64,000 nt of DNA from Candidatus Aminicenantes bacterium (GCA_003141555.1 PLMN01000028.1:2785-66784), one strand, 5' to 3'. Positions 10,382-19,653 are shown, counted from the first letter of the stretch. Program-made: numbers and translations. Notes: generated from the sequence alone by a model not told the origin.

Positions 10382-11551
10382 TCAGGCTCCCGTCCCGCGC
10401 AGGACCTCGAGGTACTTGCGTTCGATGATGTCCCAGGTGTAGCGCCCGCGGAAATAGGCCTCCCCGTTTCGCCCAAGCTCCTGCCGAAGCCGGGGCGTGG
10501 CCAGGAGGAGGTCCAGCGCGTCGCGGAATTCCGTGTAGGTCCGGTAATAAAGCCCCCCGTTCGACCGTCGGCATTGCCCCCGGAGGACGTCGCAGTGGGC
10601 ATTGGCCAGCACGGCCTTGCCCAGCGCCCAGGCCTCGAGGGTCACCATGGACAGGCTTTCGTAGAACGAGGGCATGACCAGGAGCTCGGCCCCGGCCAGG
10701 GCGTCGAACTTGTCCTGTTCGGGCAGGAATCCGAGAGGGCGGATATCATGATGGGCCGGGACCGGAAGGACGGCGGACCCGATCAGGACGAGCTTGACGG
10801 GCGACTCCGTGTCCCTCTTGAACTGGAGAAAATAGTCGAACAAGTGGGCGCAGCCCTTGTTGGCGTCGATCCGGCCGAGATAGAGGATGTACGGCCCGTC
10901 CAGGCCGTGTGTCCGGCGGAAGCGCTCCTCCGAGCGGTCGTCCGGGAGCTCGGTCCCGACGCCGACGACGAGCCCCGGGACGTCCCGGTTGCCCGAGAGC
11001 GCCTGGATCATGTCCCGCTCCTCCTCCGAATTGTAGATGAACGCCTTCGGGAGGAGGAACAGGTCCTTGAAGATCCTCATGTGGATCACCGGATCGTGCT
11101 CGGCCGTGGGCACGAGGACGCTTTTGGCCGGCGCGCTTTTGATGCCCCAGTAGGACTGGTAGTATCGGTAGCTGAAGAAAATGAAATGATCGTAATCCGC
11201 CTCATGGTCGCGGATGAAGGCCATCAACCCTGGCGACGTCGGACCCTCCTCGTCGAGCCAGGCGAGCTCCTCCTCAAGCCGGTGCTCGTCCCGGAGGACG
11301 CGGGCCTGGAGGCGGCTGAAGGCGTAAATGTCCCTCGATTTGGACACGGGAAAGCGGCGGACGAGCACGCCGTTGATGACTTCGGTCCCCGCCGGATAGT
11401 GGTCGGCCCAGGTGATGTAGTCATGGGCGCACGTCGTCAGCACTTCGACCGGGCCGTACTTGGCCATGTGCTCGGCCACCCAGCGGCAATGGAGCTCCGC
11501 GCCGCCGCTGATGTCGAGGCCGTAGCGCTGGACGACGAAGGCGAGGGTCAT
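10382..11551 (-). CDS. Glycosyltransferase family 4, type A, copy 1
   Basis: 389 aa. [40 protein letters not shown], paralogous to 7083..8246. Confidence 0.75.
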   Translation of the reverse strand: MTLAFVVQRYGLDISGGAELHCRWVAEHMAKYGPVEVLTTCAHDYITWADHYPAGTEVINGVLVRRFPVSKSRDIYAFSRLQARVLRDEHRLEEELAWLDEEGPTSPGLMAFIRDHEADYDHFIFFSYRYYQSYWGIKSAPAKSVLVPTAEHDPVIHMRIFKDLFLLPKAFIYNSEEERDMIQALSGNRDVPGLVVGVGTELPDDRSEERFRRTHGLDGPYILYLGRIDANKGCAHLFDYFLQFKRDTESPVKLVLIGSAVLPVPAHHDIRPLGFLPEQDKFDALAGAELLVMPSFYESLSMVTLEAWALGKAVLANAHCDVLRGQCRRSNGGLYYRTYTEFRDALDLLLATPRLRQELGRNGEAYFRGRYTWDIIERKYLEVLRGTGA

Positions 11552-12174
11552 TTCAGGGCTGTCTCCTCAAGGGCCCGCTCGCGCTTCTGGAGGTATTCCA
11601 GATCCTTTTCCAGAACCCGGACCTTGCTCTTAAGCATGTCGATCTCGATCTTCTGCGAAGTGGCGACCATGATCAGGTTGTGGGCCAGGTTGTGGAGGAG
11701 CTTGACGTATTCGTGGGTCTTGTTGAGGTCGCGGCGCGCCTCGTCGAGGCGAAGGTCGATGGCGGTGACGTCGCGGTCGATCCGGACGTTGGTCGCATGG
11801 AGGCTCGCCTGCGTGGCTCGGATCTCCTGATGGAGGGGCAGGCCGATCAGGCGCATGATCGGGAAAAAAGGCGAGAGCAGGCGCGCGGCCCGATCCTGAA
11901 GGTTGGATTTCGGGCCGGCGGGAGCGGGCGCCGGGCCCGCCTCCGGGGGCACGGGCGCCGGGCCGGGCTCGTCCGGTGGCGCGGCCGGGGCGGGCGGCGA
12001 AGCGGATTCCCCCGGTTCCGGGGCCGGAGCGGCCGCCGCGGCCTTTTCGATCTGGGCCATGAGGGCCGCGACGTCGACATGCTCGTAATCGATGTCGATC
12101 GCGTCCAGGATGTCCTTGACGGGCGGTTCGGGCTTGTCCATGGGCTTCTCCGCGCGGAGGCGTTCCGGCGTCAT
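11548..12174 (-). CDS. Hypothetical protein with Pro/Ala-rich linker and C-terminal coiled coil
   Basis: 208 aa. Low-complexity APAPEPG...PAPAAPPDEPGPAPVPPEAGPAPAPAGP segment followed by a heptad-like C-terminus (IEIDMLKSKVRVLEKDLEYLQKRERALEE). Start overlaps the GT gene stop, so it is co-transcribed with the GT cluster. Confidence 0.45.
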   Translation of the reverse strand: MTPERLRAEKPMDKPEPPVKDILDAIDIDYEHVDVAALMAQIEKAAAAAPAPEPGESASPPAPAAPPDEPGPAPVPPEAGPAPAPAGPKSNLQDRAARLLSPFFPIMRLIGLPLHQEIRATQASLHATNVRIDRDVTAIDLRLDEARRDLNKTHEYVKLLHNLAHNLIMVATSQKIEIDMLKSKVRVLEKDLEYLQKRERALEETALK

Positions 12175-12395
12175 TCCTTCCGTCCGGCCTTGGGCCGATA
12201 GAGATGATTCTCGTACACGCTCTGGACATCCTGAAGGTCGGGCAGGATCCGGAGCCGCATCTCCTCGATCTCCCGGACCTCGCGCTCGGCGAGCAGGCCG
12301 TCCTTGATGCGGGCGGCGATCCGCGCTTCGATCTCCCTCTCCAGGCGTTCCACCTCGTCATCCCCGAGGCTCGGGATCTTCAGAAAGTCGGTCAT
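12171..12395 (-). CDS. Small hypothetical protein (74 aa), charged and helical
   Basis: ORF with ATGA overlap to the downstream gene. MTDFLKIPSLGDDEVERLEREIEARIAARIKDG... No recognisable family. Confidence 0.35.
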   Translation of the reverse strand: MTDFLKIPSLGDDEVERLEREIEARIAARIKDGLLAEREVREIEEMRLRILPDLQDVQSVYENHLYRPKAGRKE

Positions 12396-12418
12396 GGCAT
12401 TCCCTCCGTCCTCCGGAC

Positions 12419-14428
12419 TCAGCGGATATATCCCAGCGCCCGGAGCTGGTCCTCGAGCGCTTTTGTCAATCCGGATTTCGCCGCGTCCCGGGTCCGGAGG
12501 ACCTTGGCCAAGCCCGAAGCGGCCGAGATGAGCTCCCGGGCGGGCTGGGCCTTCGCCGGATCGCGGGCGAGGTTCGTCTTCTCGCCGGGGTCGCGGGCAA
12601 GATCATAGAGCTCGACGGCCGGCGGGACGGGCGGCGGGGCGGGGAACGCGGCCAGGGCCTCGGGCTTGAACATGTCGTTCATGATGAGCTTGTCCCGGCC
12701 CGAACTCACCGCGATCCGAAACGGCGTCCGGAAACCCAGCACGTTCTCGGCCACGTCCGCCGTCACGGGCCGGTCGGCCGTTTCGCGGCCGTCGATCACC
12801 GGCCGGAGGCTTCGGCCGTCAAAGGCGGCCGGGTCGAACGGGACGCCGGCCTCCTCGAGGATCGTCGGCAGGACGTCGGTCAGGCGGACGGCCGGGGCGA
12901 GCTTCGTCCCGGCGGGCCGTGATCCGGGGAATTTCATGACCAGGGGAACCTTCAGCGACTCGTCATAGACGTTATGGCTGTGGCCCCAGCTCCCGTGCTC
13001 GTAGAACTCCTCGCCGTGATCGCTGAGCACGACGATGAACGTCCCGTCATAGAGGCCGAGCCGCTTCAGCTCGGCGTTCACCGGCCCGATCAAGGCGTCG
13101 TCCGTGTAGCGGATCTCGCCGTCGTAGAGCCCGACGACGTTCCGGCGCTCGTCCTCCGTGAGGGCTTTGAAAAAGGCGAGCTTCCCTCCGAGGTCCTCCA
13201 CGGTGTCGAACTTCTTCCACTTGGCGGAGGGCCCGGTGAACATGGCGTCGTACGGGGGCGGCGAATAATAAGGGCTGTGGACCTGGTAAGTGTGAAGGAA
13301 CAGGAAAAATTCTTTGTCCGCGTTCGCCCGGAGCCAGGAAATCGCCGCGCGCGCCGCGGCCTCCGCCAGGCGCGGGCCGGCGATGTCCCCCTGCCCCATC
13401 TCGTAGCTCGAGAACCCTTTGGAAAAGCCGTAGGCCGGGCTCAGGAAACCGCCGCCGGTGGACGCGCCGCAGAAATATCCCGCGGACCGCATCAGGTCGG
13501 CGAGGGTCGCACGCCCCGGATCCAGGCGCTCGTCCTCGTAGCGGACCTTGTGGTGAACGGCTTCCGTCCCGGTGAGAAGCGTCGCGTGCGAAGGTAGGGT
13601 CCAGGGCGAGGAGGCGTAGGTGTTGAGGAACAGAGCGCCGTCCTTGGCCAGCGCGTCGAGGGCGGGCGTCGTGGCCCGATCATAGCCGTAAGCCCCGACA
13701 TGATCGGCGCGCAGAGTGTCGATCGAGACGAGGATCACGTTGGGCCGCTTCCGAGTGCGGCTGTAGACGACCGGGTTCGTCCAGAAGGAAAAAAGGTCCC
13801 CGCGGCCGCCGGTCAAGAGGACGATCCGGCCTTTGCGCCCGCCGGCCGGAAGGGCGATGTTGTTCTGGGAAAAATTGACCGTCCGGGATTCCCGCAGGGC
13901 GGGCAGATTCAGGTGCCGCTCGAAGAGCGTCCGCCGCCGCCCGCCGATCTCGAGCAGGACGATGAAGTCGACGCCGGCATCCGTCCCGGGGCGGGCCGCG
14001 CGCAACGCCTCGGAACGCGCGTCGCGGACGATCCCGGTCCCGAAATCCAGGGCGCCATTCTCGGGGATATCTACCTCGACGGCATATTCGCTCTTCGGGG
14101 GGGCGAAGAGGATGTCGACCTCGGTGCTTCCGAGGTTCAGCTTTCTTTTTAGCCCGAGGCCGTTCTCCCCCACGCCCATCTCGGTCGCCGGGACGGATTC
14201 CATGGGGAAAAGAGCGGGGTCGGCGGCGGGCTCCCTGCCCAGGAACGGGCTTTCGCGGACGTCGGCGCGACTCAGGCGGTCCGCCAGCCGGGCGGTCCCC
14301 GGCGGCGCAGTCGGCCGGCGCGGCCCGCAGGCGGGCGACGCGATGGCGGACGCCGCCACCCCCGCCGCAAGGCAGACGGCCAAGATCTTTTCATGCACGG
14401 GGGACATTGTAAACGAATCGACGGGCAT
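12419..14428 (-). CDS. Alkaline-phosphatase-superfamily (sulfatase-like) hydrolase/transferase lipoprotein with ~240-aa N-terminal domain
   Basis: Metal-binding VILVSIDTLRADHVGAYGYD. The canonical CxPxR formylglycine site reads T-L-P-S-H (SSPWTLPSHATLLTG), i.e. Thr instead of Cys/Ser. Lipoprotein-type signal after the ATG at 14428 (LAAGVAASAIASPAC). The listed ORF start at 14470 is probably an over-extension. Confidence 0.7.
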   Translation of the reverse strand: MPVDSFTMSPVHEKILAVCLAAGVAASAIASPACGPRRPTAPPGTARLADRLSRADVRESPFLGREPAADPALFPMESVPATEMGVGENGLGLKRKLNLGSTEVDILFAPPKSEYAVEVDIPENGALDFGTGIVRDARSEALRAARPGTDAGVDFIVLLEIGGRRRTLFERHLNLPALRESRTVNFSQNNIALPAGGRKGRIVLLTGGRGDLFSFWTNPVVYSRTRKRPNVILVSIDTLRADHVGAYGYDRATTPALDALAKDGALFLNTYASSPWTLPSHATLLTGTEAVHHKVRYEDERLDPGRATLADLMRSAGYFCGASTGGGFLSPAYGFSKGFSSYEMGQGDIAGPRLAEAAARAAISWLRANADKEFFLFLHTYQVHSPYYSPPPYDAMFTGPSAKWKKFDTVEDLGGKLAFFKALTEDERRNVVGLYDGEIRYTDDALIGPVNAELKRLGLYDGTFIVVLSDHGEEFYEHGSWGHSHNVYDESLKVPLVMKFPGSRPAGTKLAPAVRLTDVLPTILEEAGVPFDPAAFDGRSLRPVIDGRETADRPVTADVAENVLGFRTPFRIAVSSGRDKLIMNDMFKPEALAAFPAPPPVPPAVELYDLARDPGEKTNLARDPAKAQPARELISAASGLAKVLRTRDAAKSGLTKALEDQLRALGYIR

Positions 14429-14561
14429 CTTCAACGCGCCGCACTCCAAGCCGGGGTCAGGTCTTAACATTTAACATGGCGGAGCCGGGTCTCATCGCTC
14501 GACATTTGTGAAGTGTTAAGACCCGCCCCCCCAGGGGAGTATTGAGACCCGACCCTCTTAT

Positions 14562-15317
14562 GTGCTAAGTATGGAAGCGGGAAACAGCATGACGAACATG
14601 AGGATCGTCCTGAGCTACGACGGGACGGATTATTGCGGGTGGCAGCGGCAGCCGGGGAAGCGGACCATCCAAGGCGAGATCGAGGCCGCCCTGGCCCGGA
14701 TCTTCCAGAAGAGCATCGCCCTCACCGGGGCCGGACGGACGGATGCCGGGGTCCACGCCCTCGGCCAGGCGGCCAACTTCAAGGTCGACCGGGACATGCC
14801 GGAAGCCGAGCTCTTCAAAGCCCTGAACGCCCTCCTGCCGGACGATATCCGCGTCGTGAGCCTGGACCGAGTCCCGGCCGGCTTCAATGCCCGCCGCGAC
14901 GCCAAGGGCAAGATCTACCAATACCGGATCTGGACCTCGCGCGCCGTCAGCCCGTTCGCCGTGCGCTATGTCCTCTACTGGCCCTATCCGCTCAACGTGA
15001 GCTGGATGCGGGCCGCGGCGGCGCTCTTCGCCCGGGAGGGCGATTTCACGGGGTTTTCCTCCAATCGCGACCTCCCGGCGGTGCGGAGCGTCGTCCGGTC
15101 CGAGCTCTGCAAGAAAGGCGAAGAGCTCGTCTACACCGTCGAGGCGCGCGGCTTCCTGCGGTACATGGTCCGGACGATGGTCGGGACGCTGCTCGAGGTC
15201 GGCCGGGGCCGGATCCCGGCGGCGGCCATCGAGGAGATATTCAAGGATAAAAAGCGTACCCTGGCTAGCCCCACGGCCCCGGCCAAGGGGCTCTGCCTGG
15301 TGAAGGTCATCTACTGA
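14562..15317 (+). CDS. truA: tRNA pseudouridine(38-40) synthase TruA
   Basis: 251 aa. MRIVLSYDGTDYCGWQRQPG...GAGRTDAGVHALGQAANF contains the catalytic Asp motif. The true start may be the internal MTNM/MRIV. Confidence 0.9.
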   Translation: MLSMEAGNSMTNMRIVLSYDGTDYCGWQRQPGKRTIQGEIEAALARIFQKSIALTGAGRTDAGVHALGQAANFKVDRDMPEAELFKALNALLPDDIRVVSLDRVPAGFNARRDAKGKIYQYRIWTSRAVSPFAVRYVLYWPYPLNVSWMRAAAALFAREGDFTGFSSNRDLPAVRSVVRSELCKKGEELVYTVEARGFLRYMVRTMVGTLLEVGRGRIPAAAIEEIFKDKKRTLASPTAPAKGLCLVKVIY

Positions 15318-15364
15318 TCCGGCGCGGCGGCGCCGCCCCGTCGGATCCCGCGTCCCGCAAATCC

Positions 15365-15799
15365 TTACTCTTTCAAGTCGAGCCCCAGGACGAGCGCGTC
15401 CTCGTCGGGCTTCGTGTAATAATTCTTGCGGACGGCGAGCAGCCGGAATCCCAGCTTCTCGTAGAGCGCCCGGGCGGACGCGTTGGAGAGGCGGACTTCC
15501 AGGGAAACGAACACCCCGCCCGCGGCGCGGGCCCAGTCCAGGACATCGCGGAGCATGGCCTCGCCGACGCCGGACCGCCGGAAATCCGGGTGGACGGCGA
15601 CGTTGTTGATCTGGACGTCGTCCTGGATCTTCCAGACCATGATGTAGCCGACGATCCGCTTCAAGGCCCGGTCGAAGGCCACCATGGGAAACGAAATTCC
15701 GTCGTTCTGGATCTCGCCCTGGAAGGTCGACGCGTGCCAGGGGTTGGAAAAAGAAAGGAGTTCGATGGCCAAGACCGCGTCGAGATCGGCCATCGTCAT
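15365..15799 (-). CDS. rimI: Ribosomal-protein-alanine N-acetyltransferase RimI (GNAT)
   Basis: 144 aa. MTMADLDAVLAIELLSFSNPW... GNAT motifs. Conserved tsaB-rimI adjacency. Confidence 0.8.
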   Translation of the reverse strand: MTMADLDAVLAIELLSFSNPWHASTFQGEIQNDGISFPMVAFDRALKRIVGYIMVWKIQDDVQINNVAVHPDFRRSGVGEAMLRDVLDWARAAGGVFVSLEVRLSNASARALYEKLGFRLLAVRKNYYTKPDEDALVLGLDLKE

Positions 15800-15833
15800 C
15801 CGCCGGAGGTCGAAGGTCCGGCCCGGGCCGGCG

Positions 15834-16511
15834 TTAATGTTTATTCTCCGCCTGGGATGAGCGGAAGTACAGCGGCTCGAGCGCCGCCGCGGAGACGCCG
15901 CCTCCCGCCGCGAGGATCTCGAAGCCCAGCAGCCCGACCTCGACGCCGATGAACGGCGAGAGGGATGAAATCCGGGCCGGCGGCCCCAACGCGGCCGCGA
16001 TCCGGTCCCCGCAGACCCCGATCCCGCTTCCGATCAAGCGGACCGGCCCGCCGCGCGGGACGAGACCCAGGAACCGGTCGGGGATGTACGCCCCCTGGGG
16101 AACGATCTCCTCAAGCCCGCCCGGCCCGACGCGAAATAAGGCCGCGTAGATCTCGCCTTTCTTGGCGTCGATCATGGGCGCCGCGAGGCCGGGATCGTCG
16201 CGGAACTTCCAGGCCAGGGCGCGGAGCGACGAGACCGGCGCCGCCGGCCGGCCCGAGGCAAAGGCGAAGGCCTTGACCGTGCTCAGCCCGATCCGGATCC
16301 CGGTGAAAGAGCCGGGACCCGTCGTGACGGCGAAAGCATCGATATCGCGGATCCCGAACCCCAGGGGCTTAAGCATCGCCTCGACGGAGGCCAGAAGCCG
16401 GGCGGAGTGGGACGACGGCGAGGCGTCCTCGAACTTGGAAAGAAGGCGGCCGTCCTCCAATACGGCGCCGGAGCCGTTGGGAGTCGTCGTATCTACGGCA
16501 AGGAGTCGCAT
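15834..16511 (-). CDS. tsaB: tRNA threonylcarbamoyladenosine biosynthesis protein TsaB (YeaZ)
   Basis: 225 aa. MRLLAVDTTTPNGSGAVLEDGRLL... inactive Kae1/TsaD paralog fold. Sits upstream of rimI. Confidence 0.8.
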   Translation of the reverse strand: MRLLAVDTTTPNGSGAVLEDGRLLSKFEDASPSSHSARLLASVEAMLKPLGFGIRDIDAFAVTTGPGSFTGIRIGLSTVKAFAFASGRPAAPVSSLRALAWKFRDDPGLAAPMIDAKKGEIYAALFRVGPGGLEEIVPQGAYIPDRFLGLVPRGGPVRLIGSGIGVCGDRIAAALGPPARISSLSPFIGVEVGLLGFEILAAGGGVSAAALEPLYFRSSQAENKH

Positions 16512-16571
16512 GGGTACCGTCCGAAAACCCCATCGGACCGCGGCCGCACCGCGGCCCGGGGGATATCCGGC

Positions 16572-17117
16572 CTATTTCGTTCCGGCCGGTTTCCCATACT
16601 TGAACAGGTCTCCGGCCCGGAAGATATCATACTGCACGCCGCCCATCGGGTCGAGGGCGAACACCGCCGGCCGGGTAAGGTTCCCCCCCTTTCCCGTCCG
16701 GACGTCGAACCGGACGACGTCGCCGCTCGCGAGCTTCCTCTGCGCGAGCAGGCGGTCGAGATCGAGGATTTTCAGGACGGGCAGGCCCGAATTGACCGCG
16801 TTCCGGAAATAGATCGCCGAATAGGACGGAGCGAGGATCGCCCCGACCTTGAGGGCGATGAAGCAGTCGACGGCTTGCTGGCGCGAGGAGCCCGCGCCGA
16901 AATTGCGGCCGGCGACGATGATGTCGCCCGGCGCGCACTTCCCGGGAAAATCCGTCCAGCCCTCCAGGTTCCCGAAGGCGAGGGGACCCATCTGGGCGAT
17001 ATCGGAGATGGCCAGGTGGGCGTTGTGGAAGATCTGGTCGGTGTCGATGTCCTCGATGATCCGGCCCGCCGCGTCGAGCAGCACCCAGAGCCGGCCTTGG
17101 CGGATGTCGGTGTCCAT
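16572..17117 (-). CDS. leuD: 3-isopropylmalate dehydratase small subunit (LeuD-type, aconitase family), set 1
   Basis: 181 aa. ...DIDTDQIFHNAHL...GDIIVAGRNFGAGSSRQQA... swivel-domain motifs. Immediately downstream of leuC. Confidence 0.8.
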   Translation of the reverse strand: MDTDIRQGRLWVLLDAAGRIIEDIDTDQIFHNAHLAISDIAQMGPLAFGNLEGWTDFPGKCAPGDIIVAGRNFGAGSSRQQAVDCFIALKVGAILAPSYSAIYFRNAVNSGLPVLKILDLDRLLAQRKLASGDVVRFDVRTGKGGNLTRPAVFALDPMGGVQYDIFRAGDLFKYGKPAGTK

Positions 17118-17118
17118 G

Positions 17119-18321
17119 TTACAGGTCCTCCGGACCGCGGATTTCGCCGGCCACGCACGACGCGGCGGCGACCGCCGGGCCGGCCAGATAAGTCTTGCCC
17201 TTGCCCTGCTTACCCGGGAAGTTCCGGTTCCCGGTGCTGATTTGCGTTTCGCCCTTGCCGGTCAGCCCGGCGTGGCCCTCGGCGCAGCCGCCGCAGCCCG
17301 GGTTGATGACGATCGCCCCGCTCCGGAACAGGGTCTCCAGGATGCCGCGCTCGAGGATCTCCTCGTAGACGCGCCGCGTGGCGGGCACCACCTTCAGCAT
17401 AACGCCCGGCTTGACCTTGCGGCCGCGCAGCACCTCGGCCGCCCGGGCGAGGTCCTCGGTCCGGCCGTTGGTGCACGAGCCGATGAAGCCCGAGTCGATC
17501 TTGATGCCCTTGACCCCGGCCAGGGGTTTGACCGTGTTCGGCGAGGGCGGAACCGCGACCTGGGGCGGGAGGCCGGTGACGTCCACCTCGACGACGGCCG
17601 TGTAGGCGGCGCCGAGGTCGGCCGCCAAGCCGCCCTCCCGGGAGACGAAGCCGATGATCCCGGCCATCTCGGTGATCATGCTGCAGAGCGTGATCCGTCC
17701 GGCGGGCGAGAGCGCTTCCGCCGCGGGCCCGGAGAACTCGGCCGAGCGGAGGGCGATCTTCTTCGTCCCGAGCTCCCGGCAGAGGAAGAGAGTCAGGTCT
17801 TTCGCCCCGGCTTGGGCCGAGGGAGTTCCCTTGAGCACGACCTTGACGCTCTCCGGGACTTCGAACCAAGCCCTGCCCGTCTTGAAGGCGAAGGCGATGT
17901 CTACGTCTCCCATCCCCTGCCCGAAGCATTCCACGGCCCCGAGGATGTTGAGGTGGCTGTCCGTGCCGACCACGGTCGTGCCGGGAGCGGCCAGACCTTC
18001 CTCGATCATGACGTGCGAGCCGATGCCCGCGTCCACGTCATATACCCTGATCCCGTGCTTGCGGGCGAAGTCGCGGCAGAGCTGCTGGTTGTCGGCATAC
18101 TTCAGAGAACAGGCCGGCGCGCAGAGGTCGAAGGTGAAGAAAGTCTTGCGAGCGTCGGCCGGCGATTCGCCCGGGTACTCGCGCTCAAAATTCTTGACGA
18201 CATTCGCCCCGCCGAAGTCGCGGGCGGAGCGGACGTCCAGATCCATCCAGACGATCCGGCCGGGCGCGACTTCGTCGGGCGAGTGCGACTGGATGATCTT
18301 TTCGATGATCGTCTTGGCCAC
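17119..18321 (-). CDS. leuC: 3-isopropylmalate dehydratase large subunit (type II/archaeal-type LeuC), set 1
   Basis: About 400 aa from GTG 18321..18319 (VAKTIIEKIIQSHS, matching LeuC N-termini). The listed 532-aa ORF has a 132-aa Arg/Gly-rich artifact extension. Fe-S ligand cysteines present (GSCTNGR). Confidence 0.8.
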   Translation of the reverse strand: MAKTIIEKIIQSHSPDEVAPGRIVWMDLDVRSARDFGGANVVKNFEREYPGESPADARKTFFTFDLCAPACSLKYADNQQLCRDFARKHGIRVYDVDAGIGSHVMIEEGLAAPGTTVVGTDSHLNILGAVECFGQGMGDVDIAFAFKTGRAWFEVPESVKVVLKGTPSAQAGAKDLTLFLCRELGTKKIALRSAEFSGPAAEALSPAGRITLCSMITEMAGIIGFVSREGGLAADLGAAYTAVVEVDVTGLPPQVAVPPSPNTVKPLAGVKGIKIDSGFIGSCTNGRTEDLARAAEVLRGRKVKPGVMLKVVPATRRVYEEILERGILETLFRSGAIVINPGCGGCAEGHAGLTGKGETQISTGNRNFPGKQGKGKTYLAGPAVAAASCVAGEIRGPEDL

Positions 18322-18335
18322 GGCGCGGCCCCCGC

Positions 18336-19451
18336 TTAGAGCTTGGCCGCCACGGCGGCGCCCATGTCGAGCGTCGTGGCGGCGCCGCCCATGTCGTAGG
18401 TCCGGACCTTGCCTTCCTTGATGACCTCGGCTACCGCCCCCTCGAGCGCGCGGGCCTTGTCCTTCTCGCCCAGCCACTCGAGCATCAGGACCGCGGCCAG
18501 GAACGTAGCCAGGGGGTTGACCTTGTAGAGGCCGGCGTATTTGGGGGCGGAGCCGTGGGTCGGCTCGAAGACGGCGTATTTGTCGCCGATGTTGCCCGCC
18601 GAGGCGAAGCCCAACCCGCCCACGAGCTGGGCAGCCAGGTCGGAGATGATGTCGCCGAACAGGTTCTCGGCCACCAGGACGTCGTAGTCCTGGGGGTTCT
18701 TGACGAGCCACATGCACATGGCGTCGATGTTGGCCTCCTTCATGGGGATGTCGGGGAACTGTTTGGCGATCTCGCGCGAAACGCTCAGCATCAGGCCGCC
18801 GGTCTCGCGGAGGACGTTGGGCTTTTCGACGATGGTCACGGACCGGCGCCCGGCCTTGCGGGCGTATTCGAAGGCCGCCCGGACAATGCGCTCGCAGCCC
18901 TTGCGGGTCATGATCCGGGTCGAGAGGGCGATCTCGTTCAGGGGGACATCCTTAAAGGCCTTCATCTTGGGGTGGATCATCAGCGCGTCCTTGACGGACT
19001 GCGGCAGCGGGAAGAATTCGACGCCGGCATACATTCCCTCGGTGTTCTCCCGGAAGATGACCAGGTCGATGTTGTCCCGATAATTCAGGGGATTTCCCGG
19101 ATAAGCCTTGCAGGGTCGGAGATTCGTATAGAGGTCGAACTCCTGGCGGAGTCGGACGATGGGGCTGAAGTAGGACAGGCCCTTGCTCTGGAGCGCGGGG
19201 GCGAGCTCCCGGTCCGCGTCGGCCCTGGGCTTGGATGTGATCGCCCCGAACAGGCAGCAATCGGTCTCCTTCAGGAGCTTGATCGTCCGATCCGGAAGGG
19301 CATTGCCCTCTTTGCACCAATATTGCCAGCCGATATCGCCGTATGTGTACACGGCGTCGACGGACAGCTTCTTGAGGACGGCCATGGCCGCTTCCACCAC
19401 TTCGATTCCGACGCCGTCGCCGGGCAGAACTGCGATCTTGTATTTCGCCAT
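18336..19451 (-). CDS. leuB: Isopropylmalate/isocitrate dehydrogenase-family decarboxylating dehydrogenase (LeuB-like)
   Basis: 371 aa. MAKYKIAVLPGDGVGIEV... and SPIVRLRQEFDLYTNLRP beta-decarboxylating dehydrogenase signature. Exact substrate (3-IPM vs isocitrate/homoisocitrate) cannot be decided from sequence alone. Confidence 0.75.
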   Translation of the reverse strand: MAKYKIAVLPGDGVGIEVVEAAMAVLKKLSVDAVYTYGDIGWQYWCKEGNALPDRTIKLLKETDCCLFGAITSKPRADADRELAPALQSKGLSYFSPIVRLRQEFDLYTNLRPCKAYPGNPLNYRDNIDLVIFRENTEGMYAGVEFFPLPQSVKDALMIHPKMKAFKDVPLNEIALSTRIMTRKGCERIVRAAFEYARKAGRRSVTIVEKPNVLRETGGLMLSVSREIAKQFPDIPMKEANIDAMCMWLVKNPQDYDVLVAENLFGDIISDLAAQLVGGLGFASAGNIGDKYAVFEPTHGSAPKYAGLYKVNPLATFLAAVLMLEWLGEKDKARALEGAVAEVIKEGKVRTYDMGGAATTLDMGAAVAAKL

Positions 19452-19611
19452 GATGGGCTCCTTTTGGTATTGAAAGGGAAGACTATTTTATCCGCAGGGC
19501 CGAGTGCGGTCAACCTTATCTGAGGCTCAAGTTGACATTGCATCATCAGATTATCCGGCATTTCGAGTCACTGAGATAATAGTTCTAAAAATAGCGCTGC
19601 AATTCGTTGAC

Positions 19612-19653
19612 TTGACAAATCCACATCACTGCTCTATCTTCGTAGAGCAGTGA
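19612..19653 (+). promoter_or_regulatory. Putative promoter (TTGACA-N17-TATCTT) overlapping a perfect 11-bp inverted repeat operator TCACTGCTCTA-N5-TAGAGCAGTGA
   Basis: TTGACA at 19612-19617. The palindrome arms at 19627-19637 and 19643-19653 overlap the GTG start of the GntR gene. This is a typical YtrA-type autoregulatory operator. Confidence 0.45.

Noticed and set aside
12419-14428. Calling the gene a bona fide arylsulfatase
   Set aside because: The formylglycine position carries Thr and the conserved Arg is His, so a sulfate-ester hydrolase assignment is not supported.
17119-18717. 132-aa Arg/Gly-rich N-terminal extension on LeuC1 and similar extensions on ORFs 26357..28561, 25459..26532, 8243..9478, 9310..10602 and 42579..45029
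   Set aside because: Low-complexity R/G/P-rich translations without starts or RBS support. Conserved protein N-termini and RBS-like sequences indicate shorter genes.
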